Shown piece after piece: positions 13,272-23,438 of a stretch of 64,000 bases of DNA. A model generated the notes under the pieces. It saw only the letters and a list, made by a program, of their open reading frames with translations. It ran no database searches and had not been told where the DNA came from. Source of the stretch: Raillietiella orientalis (Eukaryota); assembly GCA_036172245.1 (NCBI GenBank), contig JAYWIR010000036.1, forward strand, positions 868,001 through 932,000, in the 5' to 3' direction. The position numbers were made by a program, and so were the translations under genes. Position 1 is the first letter of the stretch. Every line of letters begins with the position of its first letter.

Positions 13272-13476
13272 CCGCTTCCGAATGCCGTCCGCGTGAACGC
13301 GTTGGTAACACCAGTGCTCTCTCTCCCTGTCTCCATCTCCCTGCATCTCAGCCTCCACAATCCTAAGGAGCGAAGAATTTCTCTGGATTGCTGCACATCT
13401 CGAAGAAAAGCACTCCTCCATTTTTCTGTGATAATTTTAGATTTGCCCAGAGAATGCTCATCTCGCCACGTGCTAA

Positions 13477-13482
13477 AATAAA
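13477..13482 (+). terminator. Likely poly(A) signal of the ClC gene
   Basis: AATAAA about 205 nt downstream of the TGA at 13269-13271. Confidence 0.5.
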
Positions 13483-14027
13483 GTACTCTGCTAGGTCAGA
13501 TGCGCCGTGTTTTGCGGCCCTTCGTACTCGGATGAGCACAACTCGCACACCTTACGGTGTGCAGCGCGAAAGCACACCCCAACTTAGAAGCACACGACTT
13601 GGGTGGTGTTCGGTTGCGTCAGCTGACGAGCATGCGCAGAAGCTCATTCCTCTGAAAACGACGGCATCCTTAAATAGGCACTGGGTAACCTATGCAGCAA
13701 TGCTCACGCGTAGGCTGCGTCGCGTAATGGCTCTCTGGGCCCCTGCATGTGGTGAACCCGTCGCCATTTGCTGCCCAGTGTGCACAAGTGCAAAGGTTTT
13801 TAGTTCTGCTGCTGAGGAACCAAAAGCCTTGGAAACCAGGAGCCTTTTAGATAGGCGGTGCGTAATTCCGGGCTGCATGTTCCGAAAAATGTGGCTCGCC
13901 GGTAAAACTTCTGGTTATGGTTCGCTAAACATCAGTTCCATAGCCAGAAAAAAAAAAAAATCTCTGCAAAAAAAAAAGAAAAAAAAAAACGATGAACGAA
14001 TTAAAGCTGCGTGATTTTTTTCTTTTT

Positions 14028-16100
14028 TTACTTTAAACAACCTCCAATGCAAAACTCACTAAGCTCGTAAGAGCAAATGATACCATCTCGGCATGCTGTG
14101 AATATCGTCTTGCCATCTCTACACAAGCTATTCACAAAAGTACAATTCGGGCCACTTGGCTGCACCATCAAAGCATTTGGGTCCAGCATACCGTAAGTGC
14201 GGCTGCCATCTCGCCTTGCGATCCAGACGCCATAGCCTTGGACCAGTAAGGACAAGCACTGGACTGGTTATGGAATCACCAAAAATCCCTATGCGGTTTA
14301 TCATCTGTGCCTGTCTCCTTCTTCTCTCGGCTGTGTAATTTTTGCAAGTGTCATGGCCATCTCTGCAAATTGTTGTGACCTCATTGGCACTGGAACAGCC
14401 TCTAGTTGCTATTCAGATTTCCTGAATTGTTTGAGGGTGGAGTTAATCAAACGGCTCAAAATGGGCTGGATGCCTTTCCGTTCCTCAAGCCAGGGTTGCC
14501 TTTTCCTCCAGTCCAAGTGCGCGCTGAAATTTGGATCTCAAAGTCTCCCGAGCTCTTGCATTGAAGGTATAAGAGAGCTCCAGTGCTTGAAGTCCTCTCC
14601 GGTTAGCGCAAAAGGAGAAAAATGAAAGAAAACAAAACAAACAAACAAAAGAGGGCAGAAAGCAGAAAAATCAAACCATAACAGAACCTATTAAAATAGG
14701 TCCGGAAATGTTTCCCCAGCACTCGATGCATTGAGTACCCTCACTCGAGCTTTTCCCTATTGAGCACTCAGGCTCATGTTTTTTATTTTTTCTCGCAATT
14801 TGACACCACTCAAATCTCGGAATCAAAACAGCTGCTTCGGTTGAAGAAGAGAATGGAAAGAGAGAAGAAAAAGAAGGAAATATATACAAAAGACGGGGAA
14901 CAGAATCTCGGGTTTTGACATTTCCACCGTTGCTTGGACAAAACAGCAAAGCTTGCAGTCACATTCTATGCTGCCCTGAAATGCAATTTTCGGTGATGAA
15001 GATCTCAGCATCTCTGAAAGGAATGGGCAGTTTTCCTTGCGCAGAGACGAGACAGTGCATGCACTTCAAAAAGCCAGGTATTAAGAAACATCTGCGAATC
15101 TGAAGATGGCCTCAGGTAAGGTAGTTTTCATGTCTTGGAGGTTCTCATAAGTGGGTTTCCCTCTCGCAGTTTGGCTTTGCAGATCGGAATCTTCGGTCTC
15201 TACTCAGAGTACCCATGCGGGATGGCACTTAGTATTCAGGGTGTATTTTCCTCTTCGAGAGTTGTCCACAATGTTCGAATCTCGAAGCTGTAGGGCCACT
15301 TTCCCTTGTTTCCCGTACACTTAACATCCTTGTTCCGTGATGAGACAATTATTCGTGAAGCAATGTTATTTTCCGAGTGGATACTTTCGGATACTTCATG
15401 TTCTTCAACTCCACCAACTTCTTTTCTCATGACTTGTTAGGCTTCATAACTGGAACACAAGTGCGAAACTTTTATAAGCATGGAACTTTGGTCGTGAGAG
15501 AGCTTTCTCCTAGCTTTCGGTGACTGGGACTTTGCATCTTCGTGAACTACTTATTTTCTATTTGATCTGCAAACAATTAGGATCCGCATTTCAGTCATCA
15601 TTGGCATTTCATCTGAGTACCACAGCATGCTCTTTCAATCTTTGCGAAAGAAGAAAAAAATGGCGCTCAATGCATTCACTTTCATTGCCGCTTGCCCCAT
15701 TTATTCGAAGGACAAGCTAATTCTCCAAATTTCTCTTTGTCTAACTGGCGAAGACAACGTTCCGCAATACGGATCCCATTTCCTTGCGGTTTTCTTCAAC
15801 TCATCTAGTATCTCACTTTGTGTCCGTTTATGCAAAGTTTTCTTTTGCTACTCCAAAGATCAGTATTGGAATGCCTTGAGCAATGAGTTAAAAGGCTATC
15901 TTTGGTTTTCTCCATCGGCCACTGGTGTTCCGTCGGTTGCCGTGAGATACAAATTATAACCCCTTTGCACATATTTCGGATCAGGAATATCATTTCTCAT
16001 TAGAGCACTCCTGATTGACCATTTTGTCTCAGAATGCACTTTCTGTTGATCAGTAGAGATCAAATACCTAAATTCCAGTTTTGAGAAGCTTGGAGTAATG
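14028..16100 (-). pseudogene. Decayed coding-like region ending in a WD40-like C-terminal segment
   Basis: Minus-strand PVQCLSLLVQGYGVWIARRDGS...FVNSLCRDGKTIFTACRDGIICSYEL resembles WD40 blades. Upstream frames are broken by stops and shifts. No family identified and boundaries are approximate. Confidence 0.25.
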
Positions 16101-19002
16101 TTAACTCTCTAGGGACTGCATCTATCATGTGGACTCCTCACTATGTTGCAATGAGTGCAGAATCATTGTAGTTTTGAAGAAATTTAGACATCAAGCAAGC
16201 ATCGCTTTGCTTTTTTTTTTTAAAAAGAAAGAATCGAATGAATTCTCAGGTAGGGATTGTGGCTATCAAGGCTCATCTTTTTTTCTATTATTATTTTTCT
16301 ATTTTTTCTATTATTATGTTGAGACTTTTAGAATTTATTCCGAGCAGCGTTCTTTCCCAAGAATCCCCACATTTTGAATGTAATCTTTGTAAGCATTCCA
16401 TTCCCAAATCCGAAAACAGGTTTACATTTTGAGGTTCACACATTTACAGATTATCACAGTTATTGCGATTAGAATTAACACATGATGGAGTGTTGATAAG
16501 TTTCTAAGCAAATCGCAGTCTTGATCGAATTAGGTACTTTGATTTTTCATAAACCACAGTAAGCAAAGCTATGATTGATGATGACATTCTTAGCAACGCA
16601 ATCAGAAATGATTGATCATTCTTTTCATGATGAAAAATCTGAATGGACTAAATATTCAATGAATAAATGATGCATATTGCACTTTATTCGACACCCATGC
16701 TGCACAAGATTCGTGTATTTGCTACTTGTCTCCATTCCGGGATTCGAATTTTTCTTATTCTGGTACTTGAAAGCTGTACCAACGTACGAAATGTAATTGC
16801 AAATCCGAGATATTATCATACATGCTTTTGTATGTACTATTTTGGTATCATGAAGTTCTAATAATATACCAAGGGATGGTTCCATCAGATAAATGTCGGT
16901 TTGATTTTACATTTTTCATTTCGTGGGAGTAGCTTTTCCAAATGAAAGCAATTTGAAGTATAAACTCCAATAATAAAAAACACTTCCTTGGACATTCATT
17001 TAAAATTTCAACAAAGGTGGACAACAAATTACGAAATATGAAATTTGGGTAATCCTGTTTTATGGAAACTTCACAAATTCCCGGAATTAGTGCACCTGGA
17101 ATTATTTGTTAAATTTCCCATGAAGTTCTTTAATTTTTGATGAAACACATTCAAAACTCAGGTACTGGAGCAACTAGTAATGGAGGTCGGATACAGAGAA
17201 TCGATTCGATTTTGTTGACAAGATAACAGTTCATTGCTGCAAGAATTATAAATCATAATGTAGCCTTTTCTCTCGATCCCTTGCATTTTCTGAGGTGGAC
17301 AGCTCGATTACAACAATTATATTGACTTCTGATGCACTCGGACATTTTTCCAATCAAGAGCGATTACATTGCTTGGAAAGACCATTCTTTGAATTGAAAG
17401 TAATGGATTCGGAAAAATTCATTTAGCTTAATTATTGGTTCAATAAAATCATAAATCACCTCTGTTGTGCATTTTCGATTTTAAGGAAACTCTATCATCC
17501 TTTAATCATCATGTTCAATACCATGTATTTGCTTCTCTTATTTTCTATCTGCTCCCTGCCAAGTGTCCATTGCTTTCTTGACCAGTACTCCTTAATTTCA
17601 TCGAATTGTTAACACAAAGGGCATCAGTTTAAGTTTTGTGAATACCGTTTGCTATGCTGTCTCTTTCTTAGACAAAACTATCTGTTATTAGATAGCGGGC
17701 TATTCCGTAACTTCGGAGCATTTCGTTGGACATAAATTTGGCTTCTTGGTTGCCCATTCCCAAGTCCATATAAAGGCTTCATTATTTTTTTCATATATAT
17801 TTATCGGTATGCAACTCTGCAATTGATAGAATTCAATATCAACTTTTCTACAGTCATGCTTAGTTTTGACATTGTATGTGCATTTGTCAACGTACATTCC
17901 TCCAAAATGGACTAAGTTGCTGTATCATTGTTCTCAGAAAAGAAGTACATAATGTTTCTAATGTGTACGTTTTAATGTACGCATTAGAAAACATATTCAA
18001 GTGTGTTTTTCATTTGTGTCTCAGTTTTCAAGAATAAACTTGAGTGAAAACTCAAGAAAAGATTCCAAGAATGTCTCTTTTGACATGCGGATGATTCGTG
18101 CTGATTTTCTTGTATTCTCAGTTCTCATTTTTTATATGTCGAGCTCCACTCAATTTTGATAAATTATGCTTTTAATGTAAAATCATAGGGAAGTCTTAAT
18201 GATAGTGTAAAAAGTTCTCTTCTGTATAGATTCCAAGATTTCATAGTTATATGCATAATTTCTCACATGATTTTGGAATTCATAGTATAAATCGGAGTGC
18301 ATTGATTTTGCTTCCATCCTTCTGTCATATAGTCTGTAAACTTATTGAGGGATTCTAAACGTAATGACCAATTTAGATGATTTGATTCCCGAGATAAAGG
18401 ATCAGATATTGGAAATTTTGCAATTGTGATGAGAAAAATTGTTTCTAACATTTTTAGAAAAACAATGAGTGATGAAATCTCAAGTTCAGGATTCATCAGC
18501 TTGAGTCACCGAGTTTTATGTAGAATTGATGAGATACCACCGTGTTAGAGCCCATCACTCTCCATCACTTCTTCCAAGATACTTTTTTATTTATTTTCCG
18601 GGGTTTCTCTTCATGTCTCACTCTACGTGATAAATTAAAATGACGTGATTTGTGGTGTGGCTACTTTTTATTTTTTTTCCTTGTGACATCTATTTTTTGG
18701 AATGTGAGGATACTGTCTACGATGGAATTCGTGAAGTGGGAAGAAGGTAATGGTAGTGATCTGTCCCGTGCAAGATTCTCCGGGTGTTTCGAAGAGACTG
18801 GCTGTTGATGTATCGATGAATACATCGAATATGTGACGAAGAAAAATTCATGCAAATAAATTTTCAGTTTTAGGATAATGCACAATATTTCTAGCAGTAA
18901 GTAGTTTGCAAGTTTGCATCGATGTCTGCCATGGAATAGTTTCGTAAGCAACTTTCAGTTCAAATGAAAATATAGGTGTGAAGATACATTAGAGGCATCA
19001 GA

Positions 19003-20543
19003 ATGGTATGTATTCTGGAAAAGGAGATCTTTTAAAATGTTTGCAACTGTTGTAGGTATCCGTAATAACTACTGTAGATACGGAGCATGAAGATATGATT
19101 GTGAGTGACATCATTTTAAACCATCATTTTAAGCCATTGGGGCATAATTCTACCGGGTCATTTTTTTCATTTACATTAGTGATAGCAATTTAAGTAAGAT
19201 TACATTTGTTTAAGGCGGATCACACAAAAGATTATTTTTTTTTCCATTTAAATTTCTGTTTTTATTTTTATCATGAATTTGTCAGATCGTGAATTAATAG
19301 CGTTTTCACATTTATTCTCGTTTGTTGTGCACCCTTTGGGATTTAGCGATTCAAAGGATATTTATTTTCATAAATGATGAATATTTCTTCAAATCAAAAA
19401 CTATCTGGGTTTGTTTGTTATTCAAATAAGCATGATGCAGTCATGGATTATTATGGTCGTCGTTTGGCCACCTGCTCTTCAGATAGAACTATTAAAATAT
19501 TTGATGTCAAGAATGGAACACACAAATTAGCAGCTATATTGCAAGGTCATGAAGGACCAGTATGTTAACTGTTGTTGATGAAAAATGAGTGCTCATTACC
19601 TTTTTAGGTGTGGCAAATATCATGGGCACATCCTATATTTGGAGATATTTTAGCAAGTTGCTCATATGATCGAAAGGTGATTATCTGGAAAGGAACAGGG
19701 GAACATTGGTCAAAAATTTATGAATATGACAAGCATGATTCTTCAGGTATGTGAGGATTTCACTTTTTACTGTAGTAAGCATTTTTCAGTTAATTCTGTG
19801 TGCTGGGCTCCTTATGAATTTGGTCTTGTATTGGCATGTGGAAGTTCTGATGGAGCTGTATCTGTGCTTTACATGTCTGGTGTCAATACTTGGGATTTTA
19901 AAAAAATTCATGATGCTCATGCAGTACTGTACTGTTTTGGAAGGTTTTGTTGTTATGTTTGTGCAGATTGGCTGTAATGCTGTCAGTTGGGCACCAGCTG
20001 TACAGCCCAATTCTCTTTTTGAAAGTTCCAGCATTCCGAATTCAGGGACCATTAAAAGGCTAGTGACAGGAGGGTGTGATCATTTAGTGAAAATTTGGAA
20101 GTATGTTCCACAAGTGTTGCATTTTTTTGCAGTGTCATTTTAGAGAAGAAGAAGAAAAGTGGGTAGAGGAGGTGAAATTGGAAGCTCACTCAGATTGGGT
20201 GAGAGATGTGGCATGGGCACCATCTGTTGGCCTACCAAGGGACATAATAGCCAGCTGTTCTCAGGATAAAAAAGTTATAATTTGGAGTTGTGGAGGAGGA
20301 TGCCATTGGACTCCTCTTGTACTACATACCTTTGAAGATGTTGTGTGGCATGTTAGTTGGTCCATCACTGGGAGCATCTTAGCTGTGTCTGGGGGCGACA
20401 ATAAGGTTTGGAGTACTTGAAGGTGCAGGTGAAAAGTGTACTTTTAGGTAACATTGTGGAAAGAAGGGCATGATGGAAAATGGTCATGCATAAATGAAAT
20501 GAAAAAGGGTCAAACAGTATCAGCTGATGGCCGAACTTCATGA
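19003..20543 (+). CDS. SEC13: Protein SEC13 homolog (COPII/nucleoporin/GATOR2 WD40 protein), 313 aa. Exons 19003-19005, 19056-19100, 19431-19559, 19608-19746, 19790-19923, 19967-20100, 20144-20405, 20448-20543
   Basis: [42 protein letters not shown] ... [20 protein letters not shown] ... [17 protein letters not shown] introns, exons sum to 942 nt, AATAAA at 20552-20557. Confidence 0.97.
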
Positions 20544-20665
20544 TCCTTTATAATAAAAATGTTGGGCTTTGGATAATTGAATGTGGGATGGGAAGGGAAT
20601 TGTGGTGAATGTTGACTGCTTGTGTGTGTGTTAATGTTGCTATTTTTAAGGGTACTTGAAGTAAT

Positions 20666-21980
20666 ATGGACTATCTGCAGTGTCCATTGACTCCCCGCAC
20701 AGTGCCTCAGCCTCATTCAATGGTATTTAAAAAAAAAATAAACATAATAAAAAAAAAAGTCACGTGTCATTATAGGGATCATTGAGTCTATCTCCAGTTC
20801 CCAAAACCTTACCTATTTTTGATAACCAAGGGCATGAATTTGCTGCTGCTAGCAAGGCTCTTGATAGCATTCAAAGCAGGCCACCGGTGACCAAATGTTG
20901 TTACAACCCTAATAAAGATTTATATGATGCAATGGCACATCAAAATAACCAACTGCTTCATCTTCAAGAACAAGTTGTGAAGTTGCTTGAAAAGCAACAT
21001 AATGAAGAGAGACTACCTATTGTAAACACTGTTTCTTGCTCTACACAGACAGACTACCCCATTGCACTTCTTGACCAAGCTACCATGACTTCTCAGCCAT
21101 ATTTTAAGTCTCAGTGTGTACAAACTGATGTCAGTCTTGAAAGAGAAGATAGTCCTTCATCAGAACATGCAAATGAAGTTTCCAGTGAAAGAACTCCAGC
21201 AAAAGTAAGCAATGGTTCATCCTCAGAAACATCAAGGTAGGTTTCATTGTTATTGCAAGTCCTAAGATTGTGTGTCAGCCTGATAGAAATGCCCAATTAT
21301 GTGTCCCTTTTCCTGCCTCATTCTGAAACCCATATATCAGAAACTGAAGGCCCCCAGCTTGATGCCACATTGTGCAACAATTTGATGGTATGTGGCATTG
21401 TTATAATTATTCAAGCTTTTTTTTCCTTCTTCTTCAGAAACAAATTGACAAATTTTTAAACTCACCAGAGCCAAGGCATGATGAGATTTCTGACATGCAC
21501 CAAACTACTGATAAGCAGCTTCAACAGTGTTTAGGGGATAGTATGTGGGAAAAAAGGAAAACACCAAGTCACATAAATTCTGACTCACAGGAAGATTATG
21601 ATTCTGTATTTATACCCCATATCAACTATATGTCTATCTTTGGATGCAACCGAACAGATAGTTTTAGCACATTAGCATTTAAATATTTAGATGAAAAGCA
21701 ATCACAAAAATTATCCTTAGCACTGAAAGGTCATCCAACAATATCAGATGGTGATCAGTCTCTTATGCCACCCTCTGATCTCACTTTATATGGAGTGAGG
21801 CCCTGTGACTTGTCTTTAGATAGCTGCAGATATTTAAGAAGATATGGCTTACTACCTTACCAAAATGGCACAGCTCCGGAAAACAAATCAAATTGTATCA
21901 TCCACAGATCCTCCCCACCTCCCCACACTTCAAACATTCTGAACTTGGAAGCTCTTCAAAAGCAACCTAAATTATTGTAA
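20666..21980 (+). CDS. STIL: STIL/Ana2/SAS-5 centriole duplication protein, short Ana2-like form, 389 aa. Exons 20666-20722, 20776-21236, 21279-21387, 21438-21980
   Basis: N-terminal PRTVPQPH (PRxxPxP CPAP/SAS-4-binding motif), coiled coil DLYDAMAHQNNQLLHLQEQVVKLLEKQ, STAN motif FIPHINY...LAFKYLDE...DLSLDSCRYLRRYGLL and C-terminal TIM motif ILNLEALQKQPKLL. An in-frame TGA at 20657 fixes the start. Confidence 0.85.
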
Positions 21981-22021
21981 TTGTAATTCATGCTTCAAGT
22001 GGAAGACAAGGAGAAACTGTA

Positions 22022-22803
22022 CTAGATATTGAAACTTTCTCCACAACCACAGGTACCTTTGATATTTGGATTGTGGAAAACAAATTCCGAAGACAACTTG
22101 TTTTCAATATAATCCATCTGAGTGCCAAGCAGTGTGAGCTGTGCCTTTTTATCAATGAGAATGTGCACACCTAAAACATACTGACAGAATGTTCAAATAG
22201 AACTCACCATCTTGAATGACTTCTTCATCTAAATTGCCTTTTTCTTTGGCATATTCCAAGACATAGCTCAACCCATTACACCCTCTTTGTTTCACTCCAA
22301 TCTTTAAACCAATCTGCAGTGATAGAAACTGACTGCTACGAAATGATGCACTGCTATTTTGGACACTCACCATATCTGGCTTAACAGACATCAACTCCTT
22401 CATTTTTCGATGTGCCGTCGCTGTCTGAAAAACTCCATAATAAAGACTAAAAACGTCAAAACTGAGAAAGGTCGCGTTAAAATAATTTCGGACTGTTTTT
22501 TAGAAAAAGTTGCGCAACTTTGGCGAGACAAACGCAAATCAATTTTCATTTTTGTTTCCATGTGCAGTACGCAAAAGAGCATGGCACAATTTTGAAAATT
22601 TTTATTCGCGCTAAATTACAACTGCGTCAAATTCACTCTTGCAATTTTTTCTTTTTTTTTTTTTGTCTTGCAAAAATGCTCCCTTGCTCAGTAAAGTATT
22701 TTCGTTGCAAAGTTCTGCTTACCAATGTTAAGGCTGCCTTGGTAGGTAAAGGCCTCTTCGTTCTTATAGTTTTTATGGTGGCTCCAATTACAGAGGCAGA
22801 CAT
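22022..22803 (-). CDS. ISCA1: Iron-sulfur cluster assembly 1 homolog, mitochondrial, 129 aa. Exons 22803-22723, 22424-22371, 22313-22208, 22170-22022
   Basis: MSASVIGATIKT...AALTL|TATAH...|IGLKIGVKQRGCNGLSYVLEY...DEEVIQDG|VHILIDKKAQLTLLGTQMDY...NPNIKGTCGCGESFNI*. Exons sum to 390 nt. Confidence 0.97.
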
Positions 22804-23438
22804 CTTGCATCGCGTAACACTCCTAATTTCCACACATTACTCTGTCGTGCTCGCAACAAGAAATCGAATACACTGCTTTTCATCAAATGCGGCGGCAAAA
22901 AAAAAAAAAAAAACTGCAATAACACATCAGCTGAAAATACCGCAAGGATGATGCCCGAACCAACTCGAACACGGGGGCTAAACGTGAGGGACGGGGGGGA
23001 GGGGGGGGGGAGCACACACACATAGTCCACTTGCACCCGGCAAAGTCCGGGATTGGGCCTTTTGTTTTTTTTTTTCCCCCCCCCCCCTTCCCTCCCCCCT
23101 CTCTCTCCTCCTCCTCCTCTCTCTCTCTGTCTCTCTCTCTCCCCTCCCCTTCCCCCCCCAAGTGTCGGATACGCAACGGGCACATGCACTCCCCAGTGGG
23201 GGGAACCCCGTGTGCAGTCCACCTCCCAACAATTTCATGAAAAATTTTCTCAAACTGAAGCGGTGCAACGCCGAGCCTGTATTTATATGCCAACACACCG
23301 AATCTGAGCGTGACGTCACAAATAACTATATTCGGCGATTCACCGATCTCGGGAACTCAGTAGCAGTGCATATCCGCCATAGGTGGTGGAAGCTGTACGT
23401 AGGCACGGGAGCGAATCACACAGCCCCTGTACGGCCTC
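22804..23438. promoter_or_regulatory. Bidirectional promoter region between ISCA1 and MED26
   Basis: Head-to-head ATGs 635 nt apart, CpG-rich relative to the flanks, palindromic CRE TGACGTCA at 23311-23318, G-runs and CT-runs. Confidence 0.65.

Noticed and set aside
16100..18900. AT-rich tract as a transposase or snoRNA cluster
   Set aside because: No intact ORF or catalytic motif; scattered TGATGA/CTGA words lack terminal stems and are expected by chance.
20406..20722. Sec13-STIL fusion protein
   Set aside because: Sec13 has its normal C-terminus and stop, and TGA at 20657 is in frame with the STIL ATG.
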